This document shows positions 30,535-39,209 of a stretch of DNA of 64,000 bases, one piece after another. A model generated the notes under the pieces. That model was not told where the DNA came from. It searched no databases and was given only the letters and a program-made list of their open reading frames with translations. Source of the DNA: an uncultured Pelagibacteraceae bacterium. Its GTDB lineage: Bacteria > Pseudomonadota > Alphaproteobacteria > Pelagibacterales > Pelagibacteraceae. The DNA lies in NCBI GenBank assembly GCA_902537845.1, contig CACBDC010000006.1, positions 129-64,128 on the forward strand, read 5' to 3'. How positions within the stretch are numbered: the first letter of the stretch is position 1; every line of letters starts with the position of its first letter. The position numbers and the translations under genes were made by a program.

Positions 30535-31765
30535 TCATAAACTAATTAATCAAACTATAAATTTTGATCTAAAAAGAATAAAGTCGGCTCTTAAAAAATT
30601 AGGTAATCCAGAAAAAAAACTTGGCAACGTTATCAATTTCCTTGGCTCGAGTGGAAAATTTACAACATTACATTCCGTTAAGTGTTTTATTGAAGCAAAT
30701 AAACAAACAACGACAGCTTATATCTCGCCATCACTTAGAGATATAAAAGAAAGATTTTGGATGGGTGATAGATTTTTAACACATCAAGAAATAAAAAAAT
30801 CAATTAAATTAATCACAAAATTAAAAGTACCCCTTACAGTTTTTGAAGCTCTTACAATAATTTATATAATTAATGCATCGCAAAAAAATACTGATTATCA
30901 CTTAGTTGAAGCGGGAGCCCTATTTGCCAAAGACTCGACTAATGTATTTGACTTTCCTTTGGCTCAAGTAATTGTCAATATTAATAAACAACATCTTAAT
31001 TTTTTAGCAAAAAACAAAAAAACATTAGAGGAAGTTGTTTTCCAAAAAGTAGGTTTTTTAAGTAATTTTACTCGCATTTATGTAGGCAAACAAAAGCCTG
31101 ATGTCTTAATAAAAATTAAAAAGAATCTCAAAAAAAATAAAAGTATTATAAATTATCCTAATACCTGGAAATTAATTAAAAAAAGTAAAAATTATTTTTA
31201 TAAAGATAAGAAAAATAAGATTAAGCTTAATACAAAAAATATTCATTCAAAGGGATTACTAGAAAATCTATGCCATGCTATAAAAATATCTCTTGACCTC
31301 AAAATAGATAAAAAAGTTATTGAAAAAACTATTCCAAGTATTTTTTTTGAGGGAAGATTTCAGTATTTAAAAAAAGGAAAGATAAAAAATGAGCTCTATA
31401 AAAAAGAGCAAATTATGTTAGATGGAGCACATGCTGAGACGGATGCTAAAAATTTAGCTAATTACTTAAGAAATATTAAAGTTCCTAAATATGCTATTTG
31501 GGCAATGATGAAAAATAAAGAACCTGATTTATTTATTAAACAATTTAAAGGAATTTTTAAAAAAATAATAACTTTACCTATTGAAAATGAGAAAAATTGT
31601 ATGACAGCTAGTGATTTGAAAGCTATCGCAAAAAAAAATAAATTTAATGTAGATAAAGCAAATAACTTGAATAGAGCAATTAAAATTATAACCTCATCTG
31701 ATAAAAAATTAATAATCTGTATGGGTTCTTTATATAATGTTGGAAATATATTAAATAAAAATTAG
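30497..31765 (+). CDS. folC: folylpolyglutamate/dihydrofolate synthase (divergent)
   Basis: YISPSL..ERF, FE, DSTNV, GRFQ, LDGAH, GSLY; follows accD. Confidence 0.85.
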   Translation: MSRSISLYKQLANHKLINQTINFDLKRIKSALKKLGNPEKKLGNVINFLGSSGKFTTLHSVKCFIEANKQTTTAYISPSLRDIKERFWMGDRFLTHQEIKKSIKLITKLKVPLTVFEALTIIYIINASQKNTDYHLVEAGALFAKDSTNVFDFPLAQVIVNINKQHLNFLAKNKKTLEEVVFQKVGFLSNFTRIYVGKQKPDVLIKIKKNLKKNKSIINYPNTWKLIKKSKNYFYKDKKNKIKLNTKNIHSKGLLENLCHAIKISLDLKIDKKVIEKTIPSIFFEGRFQYLKKGKIKNELYKKEQIMLDGAHAETDAKNLANYLRNIKVPKYAIWAMMKNKEPDLFIKQFKGIFKKIITLPIENEKNCMTASDLKAIAKKNKFNVDKANNLNRAIKIITSSDKKLIICMGSLYNVGNILNKN

Positions 31766-32079
31766 ATATGAGTTTGAATAAACTCTAGCATATCTTTTTC
31801 ACTAGTAGCTCCAACTTTAGTGCCCACAAGTTTCCCGCCCTTAAACAAAAGTACTGTTGGCACACCTCTTACCGAGTACTTTGTAGGTTCGTTCGGCTGA
31901 GTTTCAATATCATGATAGTAACAATCAATTTTATCAGCCATATCATTAGAAATTTTTTCTATAATCGGTTTTAATTGCTGACAGGGTCCGCACCATGATG
32001 CACTAAACTGAATAAGATTTAGCTTATTTCCGTTTATTTGCTCGTTAAATTTTTCATCAGTAGAATCTTTGAAAGCCAT
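31762..32079 (-). CDS. trxA: thioredoxin
   Basis: WCGPC, VRGVPT. Confidence 0.95.
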   Translation of the reverse strand: MAFKDSTDEKFNEQINGNKLNLIQFSASWCGPCQQLKPIIEKISNDMADKIDCYYHDIETQPNEPTKYSVRGVPTVLLFKGGKLVGTKVGATSEKDMLEFIQTHI

Positions 32080-32113
32080 ATAATCTAATTAAGTATTTTT
32101 GATTTATTGTCAA

Positions 32114-33535
32114 CTATGCAGATGAGTAATGTTTTTCTAAATCTTCAACGTATGCGTTAATATCATCTAAAATTTTTAATTTTTCTTTATCTTCCTGTTT
32201 TTCAAATTTTGCTCTCAAAGTATCAATCTCTGAATAAGTTCTTGGTATGGTATTCCACTTTTCGTTGTTAGTGCTTAATAATTTCTTTGCGGTATCTTTA
32301 TGAATTAAGTTAAAATCTTCTTTACTTAACAACTCGGGTTTTTCCATATAAAGAAGTTTTTTTCCAAAGTATTGAAGCCTTTCATCTTTAAATTTAGAAA
32401 TTACACTTAATTTTTTATCCCACTCCACTGAATGAAATTCTGGCATTATCCTATTATCTTCAGCTGTTGTGAATTTAGCGTATATACTTTCCTCATTATA
32501 TAAATCCTCCTGTGGCTTACTTTGTTCTTTTTCCTCTACTTCAGAACGTTTTATAGATTGTATTTTTTCAGCAAATTCTTTATTTTTTCTAACAAGCTCT
32601 GCCCTGGCTTTTAGTTTTGCTACTCCTATAACTTTATATTCCTCAAAATTATCACCATAAGATGGATTCATAATTACTGGATGCTTATTGTGTCTTACTG
32701 TTCTAATAAATTTTGGTTGTTTCTTCATTGCAGCCTCTAATTCCTTTAGCGGCATGCTTAAGTAAGGTGTTGGATCATGCCTTAGATCAAAACATAACGG
32801 CCATTGATATTGGGGGTGCTGACACACAAAAGTTTGTACATAAGGTCTACTACGTCCATAAAAGTATTCATTCGTGCAAAAGAAAAGTTCATTTTTAATT
32901 ATTTCTAATGATTGAGTTTTATCCATAGTTAACATACTTGCTTTCCAAACATTGGGGGCTTTCTTTGAAATAATTTTAGCTATCCCAACTGTTGCCATTA
33001 CATCACCAATTGCACTATGGGCGTCACCATGTTCAATACCGTTTAGAGGTGCCATTTGATCTAATTTATAAACATCATTACCTTTTTCATTAACAGAGTT
33101 TTTTAAAGTATTTGGGTAGTACAAATTAGCTGCTCTAGCTAAACTCAGAACATCTCCCCTAGTGTTTCCATTCGTACTTGTGATGTAAGGATATTCTAAA
33201 GTTTGAAATAAAGTACACCTTAGAAACTCTTCATCGAATTCTATCGAGTTGAATCCTATGAAAGTAGCTTTTCCCCATCTTTTTAAAGTTTCAACAAATT
33301 GTCTTATCATCTCATAATGAGATAAATTTGAATTCTTTAACATCTGGGGTGATGATTTATTTACAATCAATGCCATAGCTTCAGGAATAATTCCTGGGCT
33401 TAACCTGCATCTAGCATCAAATCTATCTAGTTCATCGAGATTATCATTAGTCAAGACAGCGCCAATTTGAATTATCTGCCCCCAATATTTATTGGAGGAA
33501 CTGGTCTCGAAATCATAAAAGACAAAATTAGACAT
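32114..33535 (-). CDS. sbcB: exodeoxyribonuclease I
   Basis: FYDFET, GFNSIEFDEE, AHSAIGDV DEDDh motifs; 473 aa. Confidence 0.88.
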   Translation of the reverse strand: MSNFVFYDFETSSSNKYWGQIIQIGAVLTNDNLDELDRFDARCRLSPGIIPEAMALIVNKSSPQMLKNSNLSHYEMIRQFVETLKRWGKATFIGFNSIEFDEEFLRCTLFQTLEYPYITSTNGNTRGDVLSLARAANLYYPNTLKNSVNEKGNDVYKLDQMAPLNGIEHGDAHSAIGDVMATVGIAKIISKKAPNVWKASMLTMDKTQSLEIIKNELFFCTNEYFYGRSRPYVQTFVCQHPQYQWPLCFDLRHDPTPYLSMPLKELEAAMKKQPKFIRTVRHNKHPVIMNPSYGDNFEEYKVIGVAKLKARAELVRKNKEFAEKIQSIKRSEVEEKEQSKPQEDLYNEESIYAKFTTAEDNRIMPEFHSVEWDKKLSVISKFKDERLQYFGKKLLYMEKPELLSKEDFNLIHKDTAKKLLSTNNEKWNTIPRTYSEIDTLRAKFEKQEDKEKLKILDDINAYVEDLEKHYSSA

Positions 33536-33542
33536 ATTGAAT

Positions 33543-34571
33543 CTACTTAAGAACTTTTATCTTTTCTGAATTTTCCTCTAATGTTTCTTTTACCTGTTGG
33601 GGGTCTTTAATATTAGAAAGTGTATTCATTATTGATCTTGCATCTCTTCCGAATCCATCGGTTGCAGTCATAGCTTGTTCAAGTTTTTTCCTTAGATCTT
33701 TTATCCCATCAAAATGTTTGTCAAATCTTGAACTTATATTTCTTAAATCACTATAAATTTGCGTAGCATGTTGTTGTACTTTTAATGTTTGAAATCCTAA
33801 ATGATAAGATTGTAACAGTGCGGATAAAGTATTTGGACCTGAAATTGTAACTTTGTATTTTGTTCTTAATTCTTGAAGTAGTAGTTCTTTTGTTTTTGGA
33901 TCTCTGTAACTTGACAGTTCTGCAAAAAGCCCCTCTGTTGGAACATAAACAATTGCGAAATCTGTACTTTTCGGTGGAGCTATATATTTCATGTTAACAG
34001 CTTTTGCTTTTAATCTAAAAGCGGCTGCTAAATCTTTTCTCGCTTCAGATTGAGCATCTTTATCATTAGCATTGTAGGCATCATCAATGGCCTTATATTT
34101 TTCTACAGGCCAATGGCTGTCAATAGGAAGTAGGACATCTTGTAGTTTTATAGCAAACTCAACTGTTTCTGATGTATCTTCCTTCATTTTCACATTTGCT
34201 ATGAATTGTGATGCTGGAAGTAAATCTTTTAATAGTGCTCCTAACCCAAATTCAGCTAATGTGCCGTAAGTTTTTACACCACTTAAAATTTTACTAAAAT
34301 TATCCTGGCTTTTGTTAAGTTCACTTACTTGACGATTAAATACTCCAACCTTTTCATCTACTTTTGTAAGAGCTCCTGTCATATCTTTTGCAATTTCTTT
34401 ACTCATAGATCCAAATGACTGATTAAAAGAATTTTTTAAAGAGCTCACCTCATCTTTAAAAATCTGATTATTATCAATTTGATCTGGTTGTTTACGTTTA
34501 ATTAAAAATATTAAAGCAATAAGATTAGCTACTAATAAAGATATTATCAGTAATGCTACTATCGAATCCAT
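33543..34571 (-). CDS. rmuC: DNA recombination protein RmuC
   Basis: N-terminal TM, coiled coil, G.LAE..L..LL, PIDSHWP, KYIAPP.STDFAIVYVPTEGLF, GPNTL.ALL. Confidence 0.9.
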   Translation of the reverse strand: MDSIVALLIISLLVANLIALIFLIKRKQPDQIDNNQIFKDEVSSLKNSFNQSFGSMSKEIAKDMTGALTKVDEKVGVFNRQVSELNKSQDNFSKILSGVKTYGTLAEFGLGALLKDLLPASQFIANVKMKEDTSETVEFAIKLQDVLLPIDSHWPVEKYKAIDDAYNANDKDAQSEARKDLAAAFRLKAKAVNMKYIAPPKSTDFAIVYVPTEGLFAELSSYRDPKTKELLLQELRTKYKVTISGPNTLSALLQSYHLGFQTLKVQQHATQIYSDLRNISSRFDKHFDGIKDLRKKLEQAMTATDGFGRDARSIMNTLSNIKDPQQVKETLEENSEKIKVLK

Positions 34572-34597
34572 AAAACATTATACATCATTTATAAAAA

Positions 34598-35545
34598 TTA
34601 AATATATCTTAAAATATTTTTAGCTGGAAAAGTTTTTTTAATCCAAGGTGGAGGAATATTTTTTAAACCTTTATAAGCAGTAAAATAAGCTCCTACAAAA
34701 TTAGCTCTAGAACAATTACAACCCCCAGCCTTAATAGTTTTAATAATTGCAGATTTATAATTATTAGAGGTAATAATGGCATGAATAGAACCCATGAATG
34801 TGCCAGGATAGCTACACGCTTTTCCAAATTTCTTAACAACTTGAATATGATTATGTTTTTTTAATCTTAAAACCTTTTTAATATTAACAACAACGTCTTT
34901 GAAATAACGTTTTCTCCCATACTTTCTAGCAAAAGCATTTACAGGACTTTTCTCGCCTTTCATTGCTAGATCTATTATCTCTAATTTTGCTAACGCATAA
35001 GTTTCATTTACTTTAGAATTAGCTACACTTTTTATAATCCTTTTTAAGTCTGGCTCTGAATTATTATAAAGAAAATAGGGTAAAGCGGCGCAATAACCAT
35101 CAGACTCGTTTACCTTTTTGCCTCCAGTTGTGCTCTTCTTAGTTTTAATGTTTTGAATAGTTTCTAATATGTTTTGGTGGATCCATGGACCATTCATGGG
35201 CCCTTTCCATTTAATCTTTTTGTATTTTTTTCTGAGTTTTAAATTCTTCCAATAAGCTGAACCTGGTCCAAAGTTTTTGACAACATTTTTCTTAAAATTT
35301 TTTAAAACATCTGATTTTTTTTTTGTTGAAATTAATGTTCTAAACATTACTTGTCCAACATCATTGTAGCCGGAAACTTTACCTGTTTTGATCGAATAAA
35401 ATGGACTTCTACTTTTTTTTAAAAAGGCAATTTCTTTTTTCCCTTTAATGTATTGATTTAATTTTTTTGGATCATAGACCCAATGCAAAGGTCTGGTGGC
35501 TGCATCAGCAACTGTTGCACCAAGAAAAATATGTAAATTATCCAT
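34598..35545 (-). CDS. ADP-ribosylglycohydrolase family protein
   Basis: LGATVADAA..LHWVY, AGGCNCSRA..VGA. Confidence 0.8.
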   Translation of the reverse strand: MDNLHIFLGATVADAATRPLHWVYDPKKLNQYIKGKKEIAFLKKSRSPFYSIKTGKVSGYNDVGQVMFRTLISTKKKSDVLKNFKKNVVKNFGPGSAYWKNLKLRKKYKKIKWKGPMNGPWIHQNILETIQNIKTKKSTTGGKKVNESDGYCAALPYFLYNNSEPDLKRIIKSVANSKVNETYALAKLEIIDLAMKGEKSPVNAFARKYGRKRYFKDVVVNIKKVLRLKKHNHIQVVKKFGKACSYPGTFMGSIHAIITSNNYKSAIIKTIKAGGCNCSRANFVGAYFTAYKGLKNIPPPWIKKTFPAKNILRYI

Positions 35546-36629
35546 TTCCTATAGCTTTCCTATTTGCTAAGGATCCACAAGATGCATTTATGTCTCTACC
35601 CCTACTTCTTCTAAATAGAGAAAGAAAACCTGCTTCTTGAATTTTTTTAGAAAACTTATCTATATTTTCTTGAGTTGCTGGTTTGAAATCTTTGTTGGAT
35701 AGAGGATTAAACTCGATCAAATTTAATTTTGAAGGAACTTTTTTCATAATCTTTATTAATTCTTTTGCATGATCATTTGTTAGATTTTCATCTAAACATA
35801 TCCATTCAATAAAAATAGGTAATTTTGTTTTTTCATAATATTTTTTTAGCTGTGGTAATAATGAATTAATAGAATATTTATCATTTATTGGCATTAATTC
35901 TGATCTATGTTTTGGTATTGAGCTATGTAAACTCCATGCAAGATAAACATCTAGCTCATTTGCAGCCCACTCTATTGCATCTAAATTATCTTTTTTTATT
36001 CCAACTCCAACAGTGCTGACTGTGATCCTAGTTCTTCCGTATTCTAAGCCATCTTTATTTTTTGAGTTATCAATTGCTATTTTAACATTATCTAAATTTA
36101 AAAAGGGTGAACCTTCGCCCATTAATACTTGATTGGTTATTTTTTTCTGTGTTGACCAATCATTTATATAATCTTTACTTAAAATAATTTGTGAGATTAT
36201 TTCTCCCGGTGATAAATTTCTTACTAATTTTTTTGAAATTTGAGCTGTTGCGCAAAATTCACAAGAGAGATAACAACCCACTGATACAGATAAACAAATT
36301 GTATATCTGCTTTGCGATTTATCCGGAATGAGGACTGTCTCTACATTACGTTTATCTTTAAGCTCTAAAAGAAATTTTATAGTACCATCCTTAGATTTTT
36401 GAACGTCTATAATTTTTGGTTTTTCTAAACTAATCAAATCTTTGATCTTACCTCTGAGATCAGCTCCAAATGTTGTAAGCTCATCAAAACTTTTAATATT
36501 TTTTTTATAAACTGCATTGAAGAGTTGTTGTGATCTCATCTTTGCTTTTTTCGGTTCAACTTCTCCTTTTTCAATTAAAAAAGCTTTTAATTGATCAAAA
36601 TTAAGATCATAAAAATTTTGTTTTTCCAT
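35538..36629 (-). CDS. rlmN: radical SAM 23S rRNA/tRNA methyltransferase RlmN (divergent)
   Basis: SKDGTIKFL, VETVLIP, CYLSCEFC, ITVSTVG, SLH, NLIEFNP, RGRDINASCG. Confidence 0.88.
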   Translation of the reverse strand: MEKQNFYDLNFDQLKAFLIEKGEVEPKKAKMRSQQLFNAVYKKNIKSFDELTTFGADLRGKIKDLISLEKPKIIDVQKSKDGTIKFLLELKDKRNVETVLIPDKSQSRYTICLSVSVGCYLSCEFCATAQISKKLVRNLSPGEIISQIILSKDYINDWSTQKKITNQVLMGEGSPFLNLDNVKIAIDNSKNKDGLEYGRTRITVSTVGVGIKKDNLDAIEWAANELDVYLAWSLHSSIPKHRSELMPINDKYSINSLLPQLKKYYEKTKLPIFIEWICLDENLTNDHAKELIKIMKKVPSKLNLIEFNPLSNKDFKPATQENIDKFSKKIQEAGFLSLFRRSRGRDINASCGSLANRKAIGNG

Positions 36630-36651
36630 TGAGAGGATATTAAAGACTTGA

Positions 36652-36673
36652 GTGGGGATTTTAAAGTCCCCAC
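36652..36673 (-). terminator. terminator-like hairpin after the 63-aa gene
   Basis: GTGGGGA..TCCCCAC inverted repeat. Confidence 0.7.
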
Positions 36674-36685
36674 CCTATAAAAGTT

Positions 36686-36877
36686 TTAAAGCTGATTTTT
36701 GTCAGTTTTTAAATGCTTCAAAATTTTTCCAGAATTTTTTCCGTTTTTAAGCATATAACCAGCCGTTCCATTAGCGTTAGCCTCGGGGGCTTTTTGGTTT
36801 TTACTTAACTGCATTGAGAGTTTCTGCTCAGCTTTTTTAACGGCAGAATTTCCATACAGTTTGCTAAATCTATTCAT
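36686..36877 (-). CDS. small basic hypothetical protein (63 aa)
   Basis: AAGGAG SD 5 nt before ATG 36877; MNRFSKLYG..ANANGTAGYMLKNGKNSGKILKH. Confidence 0.8.
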   Translation of the reverse strand: MNRFSKLYGNSAVKKAEQKLSMQLSKNQKAPEANANGTAGYMLKNGKNSGKILKHLKTDKNQL

Positions 36878-36894
36878 AGCAACTCCTTTCATTT

Positions 36895-36966
36895 CTACCG
36901 ACTTTGCAACCCTTTATAGGTCCGGCATGTCGAATGCCGAGTCTTTTTTCCCATGACAGATGGGTA
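36895..36966 (-). ncRNA. candidate structured 5' leader RNA (hairpin plus three-way junction)
   Basis: CCCAU/AUGGG hairpin; GACU/AGUC closing stem enclosing CGGCAU-UCGAC-AUGCCG and GACCU/GGGUU stems; GC-rich island in AT-rich DNA. Confidence 0.65.
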
Positions 36967-36971
36967 AGTAA

Positions 36972-36999
36972 ACTTTAATATAAGGTTTATATTTGTCAA
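36972..36999 (-). promoter_or_regulatory. sigma70-like promoter for the leader and 63-aa gene
   Basis: TTGACA-N16-TAAAGT ending about 7 nt before the first hairpin. Confidence 0.55.
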
Positions 37000-37154
37000 T
37001 GGATAATAAGCTTTTAGGAATAATCATTATAGGTTTTGGCCTATTAGTTCTTTTCAGCGAACAAGAATACTCTTGGGTTATATCAGCCATTGCAGTGGGG
37101 ATAGGTTCAGGATTTCTAATACGAAAAAATGAAAAAAATGATATAGACAAATAA
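36999..37154 (+). CDS. uncalled 51-aa two-TM protein
   Basis: MDNKLLGIIIIGFGLLVLFSEQEYSWVISAIAVGIGSGFLIRKNEKNDIDK*; stop is 2 nt before the next ATG. Confidence 0.7.
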   Translation: MDNKLLGIIIIGFGLLVLFSEQEYSWVISAIAVGIGSGFLIRKNEKNDIDK

Positions 37155-37156
37155 AG

Positions 37157-37735
37157 ATGTCTAAAAAAATTTTTATCGTTTACGGCCATCATAATATAAA
37201 AAAATCATTTAATGCCTCGGTAAGAGATATTTTTATCGAAGAGGCAAAAAACTTAGGCCATCAAGTTGATTTAGTTAATTTACACGAAGAAACACCGCTT
37301 CCTTTTTTTGATGGCTCTGGCCCTAATGATCAAATTTTAGATTATAGAAAAAGATTAGAAGCAAGTGATGTGTTATTTATGATTTCACCTTGTTATAATC
37401 TTAGAGCAACTGCAATTTTAGAAAATTGGATTGATTTAACTTTAGCTCCTAAATGGTTTTTCTCATTTAAAAGACTTGTTGGTAATTGGGGTTATCCTGT
37501 TGCAGGTGCGATGAAAGGTAGAAAAGCTATAATGTCGATGTCTTACGGTGGAAATTGGTTTTCAATTCAAACCTGGTTTCAAAATATTCCATTTAGGAGA
37601 ATTAAAGCAGGAGTTTTAAAGCTTGGTGGAATGAAAACAACTTACATAAGATTTTATGAGGTTTTGCCAGGAATGACACAAGAAAAATTTAATTCACATA
37701 TGGAAAAGGTAAGAAAACTAGTGCGAAATTTATAA
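37157..37735 (+). CDS. flavodoxin-like NAD(P)H:quinone oxidoreductase family
   Basis: IVYGH..SFN, SP.Y....AILENWID. Confidence 0.82.
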   Translation: MSKKIFIVYGHHNIKKSFNASVRDIFIEEAKNLGHQVDLVNLHEETPLPFFDGSGPNDQILDYRKRLEASDVLFMISPCYNLRATAILENWIDLTLAPKWFFSFKRLVGNWGYPVAGAMKGRKAIMSMSYGGNWFSIQTWFQNIPFRRIKAGVLKLGGMKTTYIRFYEVLPGMTQEKFNSHMEKVRKLVRNL

Positions 37736-37773
37736 TAATTTAAATTTTAATTTAAAAAGTATATAAGGCAAGT

Positions 37774-38220
37774 ATGGAAAGTTTTAAAAATTGGATGACT
37801 GAAGCTGCTAACATCATGTTTGATGATAGTAAAAATGACTTAAGAAGCTTGCCAAAGTCTGTAAGGCTTCAAATTTTAATTGTTTTGTCTTTTGTTTGGT
37901 CCACTGTGTTTAGCCTCTATGTATTTAGCGTAACCTCTTTTATTTTTGGCTGGGCTGGAGTAGTTATGGCGCATATTGGATTAATCATAGCAGTTTACTT
38001 AACATTTAAATTTTTTCATAAAAAACAAGAACAACCAGTCAGCGTTTTTCAATCTGGGAATTATAATCCTGCAAAAATATTTGCAATCTTTTTTATTGTT
38101 TTTTTTATCTTTATTTTTACTAAGGGGATTGATGTTCTAACAAGAACCAATAGCTACGAAACACCTTACTCTGGTCCTGAAACTACTACTGAAGAAAGAA
38201 TCAAAAGATTTGTAAAATAG
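37774..38220 (+). CDS. hypothetical membrane protein
   Basis: Three TM segments; NDLRSLP..RLQIL.VLS.VWS..F. Confidence 0.75.
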   Translation: MESFKNWMTEAANIMFDDSKNDLRSLPKSVRLQILIVLSFVWSTVFSLYVFSVTSFIFGWAGVVMAHIGLIIAVYLTFKFFHKKQEQPVSVFQSGNYNPAKIFAIFFIVFFIFIFTKGIDVLTRTNSYETPYSGPETTTEERIKRFVK

Positions 38221-38244
38221 CAATTTCAAGACTAAAATTATTTA

Positions 38245-39081
38245 ATGAAATTATTAAGAGTTGGTAAGTTAGGAAGTGAGATTGTTGCTGGCTTAGATAG
38301 TAATAATATCATTAGGGATCTTTCAGATCACATTAAAGATTTAAATCCACAGACTATAAACGAAGAAACATTAAATAAATTAAAGAGTATAAAATTATCT
38401 GAGCTTAAGGAAATTAACTCAAATATTAGAATTGGAGCTTGCATCTCAAATCCCGTAGATTTTTTAGCAATAGGTTTAAATTATAAAGCACATGCGGAAG
38501 GGACCAAATCAAAATTACCAACTGAACCAATTGTTTTCAATAAAAGTTCTGGATGTATTCAGGGTCCTAATGATCAAATAGTAAAACCTAAATCTGCTAA
38601 CAAAATGGATTACGAAGTTGAAATTGGAATGATTATTGGTCGAGAAGGCAAATATATTAAAGAAAAAAATGCTCAAGATTATGTATTTGGCTATTGTATA
38701 GTTAATGACATATCTGAAAGGTCTTGGCAAAAAGAAAGAGGTGGTCAATGGATCAAAGGTAAATCTATAGCAGGACCAACAGGGCCTTACCTTGTAACCA
38801 AAGATGAAATAAAAAACTTAAATAATATTAATTTAGCGTTAGATGTAAATGGCAACAGAAGACAAACTGGAAATACAGAAAGAATGATTTTTAATTTCAA
38901 TTTTTTAATTTCTCACTTAAGTCAATTTATGACTTTATATCCTGGGACAATTATCACTACCGGGACACCTGCGGGTACGGCAATGGAAATGGAAAAACCT
39001 GAATTTCTAAAAGCAGGTGACAAACTTCACCTAAAAGTAGATGGACTAGGTGAGCAATTCCATGAAATAATAGATGAATAA
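38245..39081 (+). CDS. fumarylacetoacetate hydrolase family protein
   Basis: IGLNY..H, DYEVE, NDISER, WIKGK, TGTP.G. Confidence 0.92.
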   Translation: MKLLRVGKLGSEIVAGLDSNNIIRDLSDHIKDLNPQTINEETLNKLKSIKLSELKEINSNIRIGACISNPVDFLAIGLNYKAHAEGTKSKLPTEPIVFNKSSGCIQGPNDQIVKPKSANKMDYEVEIGMIIGREGKYIKEKNAQDYVFGYCIVNDISERSWQKERGGQWIKGKSIAGPTGPYLVTKDEIKNLNNINLALDVNGNRRQTGNTERMIFNFNFLISHLSQFMTLYPGTIITTGTPAGTAMEMEKPEFLKAGDKLHLKVDGLGEQFHEIIDE

Positions 39082-39083
39082 TT

Positions 39084-39209
39084 ATGTCAAAAAGATATTC
39101 AGGTAAAAGTCAAAAAGATAGAAGCTTTATGAAAAAAGCAAAGTTATCTTTAAAAGAAAAGAGAAAGCTTAAAGAAAGAGAAAAAATAAATAATGTGCGG
39201 AAGATATAG
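39084..39209 (+). CDS. uncalled Lys/Arg-rich microprotein (41 aa)
   Basis: MSKRYSGKSQKDRSFMKKAKLSLKEKRKLKEREKINNVRKI*; ATG 2 nt after the FAH stop, fills the spacer. Confidence 0.5.
   Translation: MSKRYSGKSQKDRSFMKKAKLSLKEKRKLKEREKINNVRKI

Noticed and set aside
36914-37192. 92-aa minus-strand ORF in the track
   Set aside because: Overlaps the promoter, the structured leader and two better plus-strand ORFs; shadow ORF
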